Origin: Octopus sinensis
Taxonomy: Eukaryota
Reading direction: 5' to 3'
Length of the DNA stretch: 64,000 nt
NCBI RefSeq assembly: GCF_006345805.1
Contig: NC_042998.1
Span: 58,776,001-58,840,000 of the forward strand
Under the pieces are notes generated by a model that saw only the letters and a list, made by a program, of their open reading frames with translations, did no database searches and was not told the DNA's origin. Positions 13,090-25,452 of the stretch are shown in pieces (position 1 is the stretch's first letter; each line of letters begins with the position of its first letter). Made by a program: the position numbers and the translations under genes.

Positions 13090-13420
13090 CACACAACCAA
13101 CGGAACTTCATTTACAATTATAAACCATGAGTTCCAAATTGCACGGACAGGTGGAATATTTGTAATTAGATATTGGTTAATATAGTTACCCCTGCACAGG
13201 GCAGTGAGAGATAGTAGAATCATTAGCCTGCCGGACAGAATGTTTTGTGCATTTCGTCTGTCTGTATGTTCTGAGTTCAAATTCTGCCGAGGTTCACTTT
13301 GCCTTTTATCCATTCTGGGCAGATGAAATAAGTACGAGTTGAACACTTGTGTCGATGTAATATGACTTAGCCCCTTCCCCGAAGTTGCTGGCCTTGTGTC
13401 TAAAATTTAAAATCAGTATA
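13090..13420 (-). mobile_element. Older SINE related to family B
   Basis: Contains ttctgagttcaaattctgccgagg...ttgccttttatccattctggg in a rearranged, diverged form; orientation and limits are approximate. Confidence 0.5.
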
Positions 13421-13633
13421 GGAGCACCAGGAAGACCTCAACTAAATAATGTGTTTTGGGCACAAAGCAGGAAGATCTCTTTACTTTCAGTCAGTGCATT
13501 ATGAGTACTATGGCAACTTTTTAGTCGTTCCTCCTAAGCTACAGACAAAGGAAATGTAAAGCGATCAATGGCTATGAAAATACCGTTGTTCATAACCCTA
13601 AGTGAATGTTAATGTTCATAAGCTTTGCTTATA

Positions 13634-13869
13634 TATTTCTTTACTACCCACAAGGGGCTAAACACAGAGGGGACAAACAAGGACAGACAAACGGATTAAG
13701 TCGATTACATCAACCCTAGTACGTAACTGGTACTTAATTTATCGACCCTGAAAGGATGAAAGGCAAAGTCGACCTCGGCAGAATTTGAACTCAGAACGTA
13801 ACGGCAGACGAAATACGGCTGCGCATTTCGCCCGGCGTGCTAACGTTTCTGCCAGCTCGCCGCCTTCAT
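13634..13869 (-). mobile_element. Full-length SINE family B with 22-bp target-site duplication
   Basis: Head ggcggcgagctggcagaaacgttagc, 3' end gtaaagaaata. The TSD ATGTTCATAAGCTTTGCTTATA lies at 13612-13633 and 13870-13891. Confidence 0.9.
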
Positions 13870-13899
13870 ATGTTCATAAGCTTTGCTTATACTCTTAAG

Positions 13900-14325
13900 T
13901 GTTGGTTGAAAAATCCAGTTAAATCTGATATCGCCTCATACTCTGACAAACTAGTACAAGAATTTCTTAGAAGAATTTAGTTTAGTCCGTAACTAAAACT
14001 TAGAGGTTTTAGAGGCACCTACACTGAAAAATCGACCCCGTATAATGTTTGAGCCAGCACCTCGTGACAATACCTCAAAATACTTTGCAGCATTTAAAGT
14101 TTTATAGAAAGGCTTCGATTTTCTTTCGTTCATGATCTAACTAATCCCACAGCAAATCTTTCTTACATCGAAGCTGAATGGAGATAATATCGAGGAATGG
14201 ATAAAAGTAGATGACTTTGTGGTTAATATCAATCGTTATATTCACTCAAAAATTGTACAGAGAGTTCTAAACTCGGAAGAAGAGAGTGGAAAAGAAAGTA
14301 GTGATAAATCTGAAAAACTAAAATA
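13900..14325 (+). pseudogene. Possible decayed pogo/Tigger transposase C-terminus
   Basis: Fragments AAFKVL*K and DNIEEWIKVDD...VLNSEEESGKESSDK resemble Tigger C-termini; heavily degraded. Confidence 0.3.
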
Positions 14326-14758
14326 AAATTTCTATTGATGGGTTATTTCAGTTGACAAGGTCAAGAGCAGCTTGGTTTTATAAATGGACACGAAACATTG
14401 GACGCTAATATCCTATAGGATTTATGAAAATATATAAAAATCGAGTGCAATCAACTGCTACTCACCTAAATTGAATGCCATAGTCATCACCAGTTCCCGG
14501 CGAAGATAATGTGCAAGTTTCATCTCTTGTTTCCGATGTTTCATTCAACTTCCAAAATTAAGATTACAACTTTAATAGCTTTGACGTTTTGATTAGTTAC
14601 TCTGTTTAATTGTAAATTCCATCTCGTTTTAAAAACAGCTGCGAACTTTCTTTAGTATATTACTCGTCCTTGACATATATTTGTTTAACGTTAAACTTCA
14701 CATATTTCTTTCTTAGCAAAACACTAATCAACTTGTATTGATGAGAATGATATTTCAA

Positions 14759-14970
14759 CCCTTTAACATTCAAATGTAATATCAAATGTAATGCTTATTT
14801 ATTCAGATTATTTTGAATTTATCGTAGATAATCTTGTAGCCTTGAGATTAAAATGTGTTTATTTCTAGATGATATTGTATGAGAGGTGTGAGAGGCTTGT
14901 TCTTGTCAATTTGAACCTAAAGCAGGTAGAATATCTGGGCTTGATATAGCTAGTTTGAATACTAAAAGGG
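14759..14970. mobile_element. piggyBac-type MITE
   Basis: Imperfect TIRs CCCTTTAACATTCAAA / TTTGAATACTAAAAGGG flanked by TCAA and TTAA. Confidence 0.6.
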
Positions 14971-15340
14971 TTAAAGATAGGCTGAAGGTGCCAGCTATTG
15001 AGATCTGGCAAACTTACTCACCATGTACATAGAAAGCCAAAAGATTCCGGATTAGTGAGAGCCGAAACTACGCACACGCATGCACACATACACATACACA
15101 CAGGAACTGAGACAAAAGTGCTTCAGTAATAGAATGAAAATAGTAACCTAATTACTTAATCTTTTTAATTCATACTCTTAATGGATACTAGTTTGCATAA
15201 TACTCAGTTGGAGATAACTAATTTAATATACGTACATTCATAATTACACAAACACACACACAATATATATATATATGCACACACACACACACTCACATAC
15301 ACATATATGTGTGTGTAAAAAAAAAAATATATATATATAT

Positions 15341-15735
15341 ATTATATAAAAGGGCTTAGTAAAATAAATTACTTTGCCGCATACTGAACTCATTAGAAAT
15401 AGCAGCCAAAGAAAACTTTTTTAAAACTATTTCTAATACTTAAAGAAAACCTCTCTCATATAGTGTTTGCTCAATTCAACTCACGCAAATATGCGTGAGC
15501 TGAATTGAGCAAACACTATATGAGAGAGGTTTTCTTTAAGTATTAGAAATAGTTTTAAAAAAGTTTTCTTTGGCTGCTATTTCTAATGAGTTCAGTATGC
15601 GGCAAAGTAATTTATTTTACTAAGCCCTTTTATATAATGTAATAATTTGAATTCGCCTTAAATGGTCCCTTTGCATACTGAATACTTGGTGAAATTGATT
15701 AATTAATTAATTTTACCCTCAATTGTTGAAATTAT
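15341..15735. repeat. Fold-back copy of the 552-bp family: 147-bp near-perfect palindrome
   Basis: Arms 15341-15487 and 15492-15638, 4-nt loop, one mismatch seen. The sequence matches 12165-12400. Confidence 0.9.
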
Positions 15736-15751
15736 ATATATATATATATAT

Positions 15752-16075
15752 ATGACTATTAATATCTCTAAGTCTCTCTAAAGGAGACTACGGCAGCGGT
15801 ACTGGATATCAATAGTTATCGCCAAGCTAATATGGCAATCCAGAAATATAGGACGAATGCTGCCGTTGATCAGCTCCAAGAGGCCATCGCCTCTAGCTAG
15901 CTATGTGACACACGAACCTGTGTCCATTATAACCTCCCCTGTTCGAAGGTTATAATGGACACAGGTTCGTGTGTCACATAGCTAGCTAGAGGCGATGGCC
16001 TCTTGGAGCTAATCAACGGCAGCATTCGTCTTATATTTCTGGACTGCCGTATTAGCTTGGCGATAACTATTAATA
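15752..16075. repeat. Fold-back copy of a diverged 362-bp-family member
   Basis: Arms 15807-15935 and 15947-16075 (129 bp, few mismatches) with an 11-nt spacer; homologous to 10020-10230. Confidence 0.85.
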
Positions 16076-16407
16076 CATACATATATATATGTGTGTGTGT
16101 GTGTTTGTTTTCCAGGCGTTACCCATCATTCACCTATTAGGCCGAAAGGCCGTATTTATTCCGTCGTCGTTAATCGTTCTAAATTACATTTGTTTACTTT
16201 TATATGTCCACTCAGTATTGTTTTATTTGCTCGAGGTCTAATTCTCCGCAAATTTTGAGGGCGCCACCGATATGAGAAGCTCTCACTCTTATCGTTAAGT
16301 GTATTAAACTGTGTATTAATTTTCGGTCGATAACTGAAGAATTAGGGTCCTTCTGTGTCTGCTCTATGTGTTTGTTTTCTTTAGTATTTAATGCATTTTT
16401 AATGTAT

Positions 16408-16438
<31 letters not shown>

Positions 16439-16439
16439 T

Positions 16440-16830
16440 GCATGGCTGTATGGTGTGGTAGGAAGCTTGCTTCACATCCATAAGGTTCTGGGTTCAGTCC
16501 TATTACGTGGCACCTAGGGCAAGCGTCTTCTACTATAGCCTCGGGCCGACCAAAGCCATGTGAGCGGATCTGGTAGACGGAAACTGAAAGAAGCCCGTCG
16601 TATATATATATATACGTAAATATATGCACATATTTATGTGCATGTGTGTCTTTGTGTCTGTGTCTATCCCCTCACCATCGCTTGACAACTGATGTTAGTG
16701 TGTTTATGTCCCCGTAATCTAGCAGTTCGGCAAAAGATACCGATAGAATAAGTACTAGGCTTACAAAGCTTTTTAAACAGTGCTCCAGTATGGCCGCAGT
16801 CGAAAGACTGAAACAAGTAAAAGAATAAAA
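16440..16830 (+). mobile_element. SINE family A
   Basis: tggctgtatggtgtggtaggaagc...ggttcagtcc...gactgaaacaagtaaaag. Confidence 0.85.
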
Positions 16831-17110
16831 GAATATATGCATATTACACACGTGCCCACACACATGCATAAATGTATATAATGAGTTTGTAAGTCTGAAA
16901 AGTGCTTTTTATAACCGAAACACGTAATTTGTGAGAAAATCATGATTAAAACCTGTCTATTCTCAAACTAAGCTGTATTGAGTGCTTTTCAATTGCGTAT
17001 TTCTCACTTTGTTTTATTTTGTGTTTATATGTAGTGAGTTTTACATGTATAAAGAAATGTAGTAACTATATATACATACATACATACATACATACATACA
17101 TACATACAAC

Positions 17111-17169
<59 letters not shown>

Positions 17170-17187
17170 ATATACATATATAATATA

Positions 17188-17590
17188 CAGGAGTGGCTGT
17201 GTGGTAAGTAGCTTGCTAACCAACCACATGGTTCCGGGTGCGTAGCATCTTGGGCAAGTGTCTTCTGCTATAGCCCCGGGCCGACCAATGCCTTGTGAGT
17301 GGATTTGGTAGACGGAAACTGAAAGAAGCCTGTCGTATATATGTATATATATATGTATGTGTGTGTGTGTGTTTGTGTGTCGGTGTTTCCCCCCCCAACA
17401 TCACTTGACAACCGATGGTGGTGTGTTTACGTCCCCGTTATCTAGCGGTTCGGCAAAAGAGACCGATAGAATAAGTACTGGGCTTACAAAGAATAAGTCC
17501 CCGGGGTCGATTTGCTCGACTAAAGGCGGTGCTCCAGCATGGCCGCAGTCAAATGACTGAAACAAGTAAAAGAGTAAAATAGTATATATA

Positions 17591-17621
<31 letters not shown>

Positions 17622-18037
17622 CATATATAATATACAGGAGTGGCTGTGTGGTAAGTAGCTTGCTAACCAACCACATGGTTCCGGGTGCGTAGCATCTTGG
17701 GCAAGTGTCTTCTGCTATAGCCCCGGGCCGACCAATGCCTTGTGAGTGGATTTGGTAGACGGAAACTGAAAGAAGCCTGTCGTATATATGTATATATATA
17801 TGTATGTGTGTGTGTGTGTTTGTGTGTCGGTGTTTCCCCCCCCAACATCACTTGACAACCGATGGTGGTGTGTTTACGTCCCCGTTATCTAGCGGTTCGG
17901 CAAAAGAGACCGATAGAATAAGTACTGGGCTTACAAAGAATAAGTCCCCGGGGTCGATTTGCTCGACTAAAGGCGGTGCTCCAGCATGGCCGCAGTCAAA
18001 TGACTGAAACAAGTAAAAGAGTAAAATAGTATATATA

Positions 18038-18075
<38 letters not shown>

Positions 18076-18481
18076 CATATATAATATACAGGAGTGGCTG
18101 TGTGGTAAGTAGCTTGCTAACCAACCACATGGTTCCGGGTGCGTAGCATCTTGGGCAAGTGTCTTCTGCTATAGCCCCGGGCCGACCAATGCCTTGTGAG
18201 TGGATTTGGTAGACGGAAACTGAAAGAAGCCTGTCGTATATATGTATATATATATGTATGTGTGTGTGTGTGTTGTGTGTCGGTGTTTCCCCCCCCAACA
18301 TCACTTGACAACCGATGGTGGTGTGTTTACGTCCCCGTTATCTAGCGGTTCGGCAAAAGAGACCGATAGAATAAGTACTGGGCTTACAAAGAATAAGTCC
18401 CCGGGGTCGATTTGCTCGACTAAAGGCGGTGCTCCAGCATGGCCGCAGTCAAATGACTGAAACAAGTAAAAGAGTAAAATA

Positions 18482-18482
<1 letters not shown>
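17188..18482 (+). repeat. Three tandem near-identical SINE-A copies (periods 447 and 454 bp)
   Basis: Units start at about 17188, 17635 and 18089, are separated by (TA)n, and share the same B-box deletion. Confidence 0.9.
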
Positions 18483-18520
<38 letters not shown>

Positions 18521-18588
18521 TATTATATATTGTATATATATATATACACATATATATATTATATATATGTGTGTGTATGTGTGTGTGT

Positions 18589-18619
<31 letters not shown>

Positions 18620-18621
18620 AA

Positions 18622-18870
18622 GGCGCATGGCTCAGTGGTTATAGTGTCGAGCTTACGATCGTGAGGTGGTGTGTTCGATTCCCGGACCGGGCTGCGTGTT
18701 GTGTTCTTGAGCAAGATACTTTATTTCACTTTATGGCTCCAGATCACTCAGCTATAGAAATGAGTTGCAACATCACTGGTGCCAAGCTGTTTCATCATCA
18801 GTGCTGCGGAGAGGGGACGGTGGCATGCATGGGCGACTGCTGGCCTTCCATAAACAACCTTGTCCTCTTC
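18622..18870 (+). mobile_element. tRNA-derived SINE, family C
   Basis: A box TGGCTCAGTGG, B box GTTCGATTCCC, then gtgttcttgagcaag, typical of metazoan SINE bodies. Confidence 0.75.
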
Positions 18871-20840
18871 GCTGTCTGAACGAAGCACTTTATACTTCAT
18901 GCACTTCTTAGGTGGGTTCTCGTTGTCAATAAACTAAAAAGCACTGGCACTATTTGTACAAGGCTCTTACTGATTGAGTCTGACTTAGGTCTTCCTAAAA
19001 TGCATATGATCTTCTTAAAACGTATTTGAATATAACATGTGTGATCAACTTTTTCTCAGGTGTTTTTTTAATTTTCGATTCAAAAGTGCTTTTAGATATG
19101 TTCTGAAAACGAAAAATCTCCCAAACCTATTGGCTATAATAGAGAGTTGTTTCTGGTGGAAAGAAAACGACTGATAAGTATGCCAGTCGCGAATGAAATA
19201 GATTTGGAAGTATGATCCGGAACGTAGACCAAAAGCAAAAATACATGAAGCTCAAAATTGTTCTTTTAACACTAACTTTGAAATGCAAGGTAGAATTGTT
19301 TATAGACCATTCGGAAGATAAACCCTTTGTAACCGAAGCATTTCCATATGGGAAGCATACTAAACGAAGCATTAACTTCTGGCTGCTAGCTGTGGGGGTA
19401 TTTTGTTTCTTTACACCTCGGTGCCTTTCTTCTATCCTTTGAGGTAAAAGTTTTAGACTGTAAACATTCCAAAATAGTCAACATTCGTCCATTGAAAACG
19501 ATATTTGGTGAATATTTACGTTTGTCTACTTAATTGTGCACATATAAAGATTAAATGGTTTCTTGGGCTTTTAAAACTGTCCATGAAGATTAACAAACTC
19601 TCGTGTAACTTCCTCGATTGAATAAATTTAACACCTTTTGCTACGTAATAATTTGGGATCGTTACTAATGACATCGTGACATATCATCCAGCTAAACACA
19701 TGAATTTTCTAAGTATTTGCCGTTATATTACTGTCTTATACACAAATATATTTTGTATGACAACTTTATTTTGTTAAATTGATAAATAATGATTTTTTAA
19801 AAAATTTGACAGAATAAATGCAAATATTTCAATAACAACAATATTTTCACCACCTTCTACTCTTCTTTCATCTTTTGTTAGGTATCTAACGCTATTGCTT
19901 CACGCTAACTTTGGAATACCAACATAACTAAATCAATTAAAAATCACTGCACGTTAACAAATTATGAAATTACACAAGTGGTACTCTGTAACCAAAGCAG
20001 ACACCACAAAAATTATAAGAATACAAAGTGTGGCTGATTATTGCTTTCTTTCGTATGTGTGTGCTAATGAGAGAATGAGATGGTTCCTTACAAAAAATTT
20101 CAAATTCATAACAGAAATTCCAGGATTGGCCAGACAAAGACAACAGAGTTTTTCTTTGTGATTTTCATCGATAAATTACTGCGGCAACGTTTCACTTGTT
20201 ATATTTTCTTCACAAAGGAAATGTAAAACGAGGTATGAGTGTTTACATTCACACCTATCTACGCTCAGCTTATCAAATGAGTAAAAAATATTCATCATAA
20301 AGTTTATTTATTTGCATGAAATGGATGATTTTTCTCTTTGGAGAAAAATCTACGGATGTTCAGGTCTTTTACATCTTCTGTAAGTTGTTTACGTAAGTAA
20401 TCGTTCAGAGCGTCTGAAAATGCTCGACTGTGGATAGAACTATTACTGATTTGTGGTTCTCATTGGTTGGTAGAGGTCAGTTGGTGAATTTGGGTATCTT
20501 TTCTTGGCGTTAGGAAGCTGATCAATATTGATTGTGCATTGTCCAATTTTTTGACGGTTAAAGGGAAGATCATTATAATTGTAAGATTGTAACTGGATTT
20601 TTGTTACTTTTTCTTTTTTCTTTTTAAACTGGCATTACTGTCTGTAAAGGAACGATTTTAGTAAAACATCTCTGTTTTGTATCAGACTAAAATACAGTAA
20701 TTTCGGAAAATATACTGCATTTACAGAGCAAATTATGTAATAATTGTCCTTCCGATCTAGAATCAACACTACTTCTCTTTCACAATCCTTCTGGAAACGG
20801 AAGAATAGTAAAATCCTTACAACCTGGAACAAAAGAGATC

Positions 20841-21110
20841 ATCATCATCATTGTTCGACCGTGGTCGAGACAATGGAATTTACCATGCTACGCCAGACTT
20901 CACGGTCCATCATGGCATTACGGAGGTCCTGTTGCTGGATGCCTGTATCCCTGGAGATTACATCAGGGTAGGAGAGTGTGCGCCCTCTGGTATTGCGAGT
21001 AGATGGCTTCCAGAGGAGAAGAGTAGAAATTACTTCTTTTTCAGCTCTACAACAATGTCCAGCAAACTGGACTCTCCATACTGAACTCACTATATTAACA
21101 TGGCAAAAAG
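20841..21110 (-). mobile_element. 3' end of an RTE LINE (same type as 1760-3390)
   Basis: RVQFAGHCCRAEKEVISTLLLWKP...YPDVISRDTG...AMMDREVWRSMV, with a (TGA)n tail. Confidence 0.85.
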
Positions 21111-21377
21111 CTTTGGGTTGTGCTAATCGGAGAAATTGATCAAAGTGATTCAAGTACCAAGGTCACTGAGCAGAAGAAATCAAATTTTGAGCAATTGGAA
21201 ATACAGAAGAAAATGTTTGCTAAAATCTAATAAATATTTAAAATATTAGCCTCAGTTTTCTCTCCTTGATTTCCACAAATACTAAAACAAGACAAATTTG
21301 AAGCTCATACTCTTTATCAGCCTGAACATATGCATTGTTTGAAACTCCGCCCAACTTGGGAGTGAATCACGGATTTT

Positions 21378-21408
<31 letters not shown>

Positions 21409-21457
21409 GGTATGTCTGTATATGTGTGGGTGCGTATATATATGTAAATATGTGTAT

Positions 21458-21504
<47 letters not shown>

Positions 21505-21539
21505 TATATATAATTATATATATATATATATATATACAT

Positions 21540-21589
<50 letters not shown>

Positions 21590-21632
21590 GAACATTGAGA
21601 AGTAACGCACGAGTTGATATGTATAAGGAAAA

Positions 21633-22929
21633 TAAGACAAGGTAGAAAATGCTAAAATAATTTTATCATGAAATACATTTTGTAAAGGTTAGTACCAGTT
21701 TCAAACTTTTCGATTTTTCCCACTAAGAGTAAAACAAGAAAAATAATTAAATTGAAGAAAAGTTTAAATTATGTGTTTTGTAAATATTTCCATAGTCTTC
21801 AAATAGGACACTTTCCTTTTTTCTGTCTCTCTCTCCCTTTTCCCTTATGAAGGTTCGGTAGGTAGTAGCAGATCTGAAGGAATAGTGTTTATGGGTGCAG
21901 AGAAATGTTGGTTCTGAAGTTTGATGGTTTAAGCAGCAGCAACAGCCGAGGAAGGAGATGGTGAAGGAGAAAGAGGAGGAGAATAAAAAAAGGAGGAGGA
22001 GTAGGAAAAAGAGAGGAAGAAGAAGAAAGAAAAGAAAAAGACGGGAGTGGTATGACACTGTAGCAGACTGTTCGGGAAATCTTCTTTAACGGTCAAGTCA
22101 AATGACCAAAAAGTGACATGATGTGGTTGTAGCAATTGTGGTAGGGACCTGTTCTAAATAAATTCATGGGTAGCCACTGAGATGACTCTACTACAAGGAT
22201 CTTCGAATAATACCCACGCAAATATTAAAAACGATAGATATACTAAGAGCAGTCGCTACCCATGAATTTATTTTGAACAGTTCCTACCACAACTGCTACA
22301 ACCCCAACAGGTCACTTTTAGGCCAGTTGACTTGACCATTAAGGATTTCCCGAACAGTCTACTACTGTATCATACCACTCCCATCTTTTCTTTTCTTTCT
22401 TTCTTCTTCTTCTACTTCCTCTTTTTCTTTCTCCTCCTCCGCCTCCTCCTCGAGTCGTCGTCGTCGCTGTTGTCGTTATTGCTGTTGTTGTTGTTGTTCT
22501 CTTCTTCTTCTTCTTCTTCTTCTTCTTCTTCTTCTTCTTCTTCATCTTCTTCGTCGTCGTCGTCGTCGTCTTCTTCACCGTCTCCTTCCTCGGCTGCTGC
22601 TACTGTTTAAACCTTCAAATTTCAGAACCAACATTTCTCTGCATCCATAAACAATATTCCTTCAAATCTGCTACTACCTACCGAACCTTCATAAAGGGAG
22701 AGAGAAAGAGAGAGGAGAGAGAGAGAGAGAGAGAGAAGAAAAAAAGGAAAGTGTCCTATTTGAAGACTATGGAAATATTTACAAAACATCTAATTTAATT
22801 TTTTCTTCAATTTAATTATTTTTCTAGTTTTACTCTTAGTCGAAAAATTCGAAAAGACTGAAACCGGTACTAACCATTACAAAATGTACTTCATGATAAA
22901 ATTATTTTAGCATTTTCTGCCTTGTCTTA
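21633..22929. mobile_element. 1.3-kb fold-back (long-TIR) non-autonomous DNA element
   Basis: 21633-22179 is the reverse complement of 22250-22929 with a 70-bp spacer. Termini are TAAGACAAGG / CCTTGTCTTA. Confidence 0.85.
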
Positions 22930-23188
22930 TATATATATACATACATATATATATATATGAGAAAGAAAGAGAAGAGAGAGAGAGAGAGTAGTCAATGAGT
23001 GTATACTTGTATTAGAGTATATATACTCTTAGATGATGCTTTCCTATGATGTTAGTTGTAGGATCGTTCGCAGTGACAAATTTCGGAAAGTGCCATTGGG
23101 ATTCATCTGTTATAGACCAAAACAGCTCTGTTAAATATATTGAATAATTTTTTCTCCAATGTGTACATTCAAGCTCTCCCTATCGCTG

Positions 23189-23254
<66 letters not shown>

Positions 23255-23258
23255 TAAT

Positions 23259-23392
<134 letters not shown>

Positions 23393-23537
23393 CATAGAGA
23401 GATAGATATATATATATGTGTGTGAGTGTGCACGTGTGTATTATAATTAAGAAAACAAAGGGAAGAATGAATGTAACACAACTTTATTATTAGTCACAAT
23501 TGCTTCTGGTATAATGTAAAAACACACGACTTGATGC

Positions 23538-23656
23538 TAGTCTGATGAAGTGCCACTCCGATATTATCCACCGCACATATGACGCACCTTTTCATATGAA
23601 ATTATTTACGTGCAATGGGGGATAGAAACGGAGTGGTACCGTAACAAGTGTAACTA
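23538..23656 (+). ncRNA. Decayed hammerhead ribozyme with long stem II
   Basis: TAGT-CTGATGA-A-GTGCCACTCCG...CGGAGTGGTAC-C-GTAAC-AAGT-GTA^ACTA: 11-bp stem II, GAAAC mutated to GTAAC. Confidence 0.45.
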
Positions 23657-23894
23657 AAACTAAAATTGTGCTATATTCATTTTTGGTTTTTTTTTGGCAT
23701 TATTTGTTATTCTTTGTAATACTTATACACTGCTTCTAGCAGTGATATACCTGGAGTTTCTGCACCAGTGCAGGTTTAATTTCTCTCAGAGTTCCAGTAT
23801 GAGAGCGTAGATAACCAGAAATTCCGATTGAGTGCTGTATTGTAAACACACCGATTTTCTATACACACAGACACAGACACACACTCCAACGTAC

Positions 23895-23978
<84 letters not shown>

Positions 23979-24351
23979 TATATATATTATATATATATAT
24001 GTGTGTGTGTGTGTAACGGATTTATCTTTGTATGTAAAATGTATATCACCCGAAGGCGTACAACGAATACACCGAGCAAAATGAAACTTGGTTTGGATAA
24101 AAACAGTGAAGATAATGTAACTGGAGTGATTAATACATGCTACACAAGAAATACAGGAACAGAGAGAAAGAGAGAATTTTTTTTCTTTTTACATATCTGT
24201 ATTTTTAGTTCGATATTGCATACACTGAAAATTTCAGATCTCCGAAATAAAACAGTACACAACTGGATTGCAGTGTAATTTCTTACTTGGACAGAACTCT
24301 TTAATTGGATGCCAATCACTTTTGTGCATATTAATGAATCACCATAGTTAT

Positions 24352-24438
24352 TTTATTGTCAAAATCATATATTTCAGTTCTATTGATCGAAATCTCTTTG
24401 TTTAATATCAATACAAACAGCGTCTTTGTTATTTTATT
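24352..24438 (-). promoter_or_regulatory. Candidate AATAAA polyadenylation signals of the GPCR 3' UTR
   Basis: TTTATT on + at 24352-24357 and 24433-24438, 430-510 nt past the stop. Such hexamers are common in AT-rich DNA. Confidence 0.25.
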
Positions 24439-24864
24439 CAGGATCTGAATTTTGTTTGAATAATTATTAAGACAAAGACAGAGTAATTTCTTTGCAATCG
24501 GTTTGTTCATATTTGTTTAACGAAACAACACGAAGGTTTTTCTTTGTATATATCTTGATCGAAGAACTCAAATATAGTTTTGTTTTCTCTAAAATATCAA
24601 ATATACTATCTTTGCGGGACAAAAAAAAATAAATATAATAAAAACAAAATCGAGCCTGTGCATTTCAAAGTCTCTTCCTGTCTGTTATTTTCCATTTGAC
24701 TTACTGTTTTCATTACCAAAACAGTATGTGAGCTTTTCTCGAAATTATAATTGTACATTGGCAGTAAAGTCTCTACTTGTGTATCTCTTATTTTCCATGT
24801 CAATTGACATCTTTGTATATCAAAATCAATAGGATTTGGTGGCAGGCATCAAAATAATTCCAGT

Positions 24865-25316
24865 CTATTTTACCAGTTTAGTTCTCTGTTTTTCTTGCAG
24901 TAGTCTCAGTGATGGAAGTGGTGAATCTGGACAGAGGGAGCTAAGTGGTAACTCCCGATTCAAATGAAGTCGAAATAGAGGTTTTATTTTTCTCGAACCA
25001 GTAAATTTTATTGCATTGTCAGGTTTGTTTTGTAAAGTTCTATTTTTATAATTAGATTTATGAGGGAAGCTTTGTGCGACACGGGGATCTGATTGTTTCT
25101 TATGAAGCTCTATTGTCAAGGCAGCAATACCTTTTCCACTTAGAAATTGTCGAGGTTGTCTTCGAAACTGACAATGAAGAATTCTTTTAAAAGCTCTTTT
25201 AAATTCCTTGCTCGAACAAGCATATATAATGGGATTCATAGTAGAGTTACAATATCCAAGCCAAAATATGATTTTAAACATGAGCTGAGGAATCTGACAT
25301 CTTTCACAAAGGGCTC
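24865..25316 (-). CDS. ADRA1: Last coding exon (ECL3, TM7, helix 8, C-tail) of an alpha-1-adrenergic-receptor-like class A GPCR
   Basis: Translation (G)[53 protein letters not shown]... has NPxxY and closely matches vertebrate ADRA1B TM7/H8 as I remember it ([30 protein letters not shown]). There is a polypyrimidine tract plus AG acceptor (ttctatttctttatag, AG at 25318-25317), phase 1 in a Gly codon, and a TAG stop at 24867-24865. The ORF track sequence upstream of 25316 is intronic microsatellite. Octopamine-alpha identity is not formally excluded. Confidence 0.8.
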
Positions 25317-25418
25317 CTATAAAGAAATAGAAAAAAATCACATTAAATTTTAAAAAATTTACAGCAGAAACCATATAATATACATGTATAAGCGGGTGTG
25401 TAGGTGCGCGCGCGCCCG

Positions 25419-25452
<34 letters not shown>

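Noticed and set aside
16139-16153. GGCC-GAAA-GGCC tetraloop hairpin
   Set aside because: It lacks flanking CUGANGA and GAAA cores; a short motif compatible with chance.
16890-16931. CTGAAAA...GAAACACGTA hammerhead-like motif
   Set aside because: G8 is lost without compensation and stem II is unpaired; at best a dead relic.
18622-18690. tRNA genes at SINE heads (also 36950-37020, 49104-49175)
   Set aside because: A and B boxes are present, but I could not fold a complete cloverleaf, and each runs straight into a repeated SINE body.
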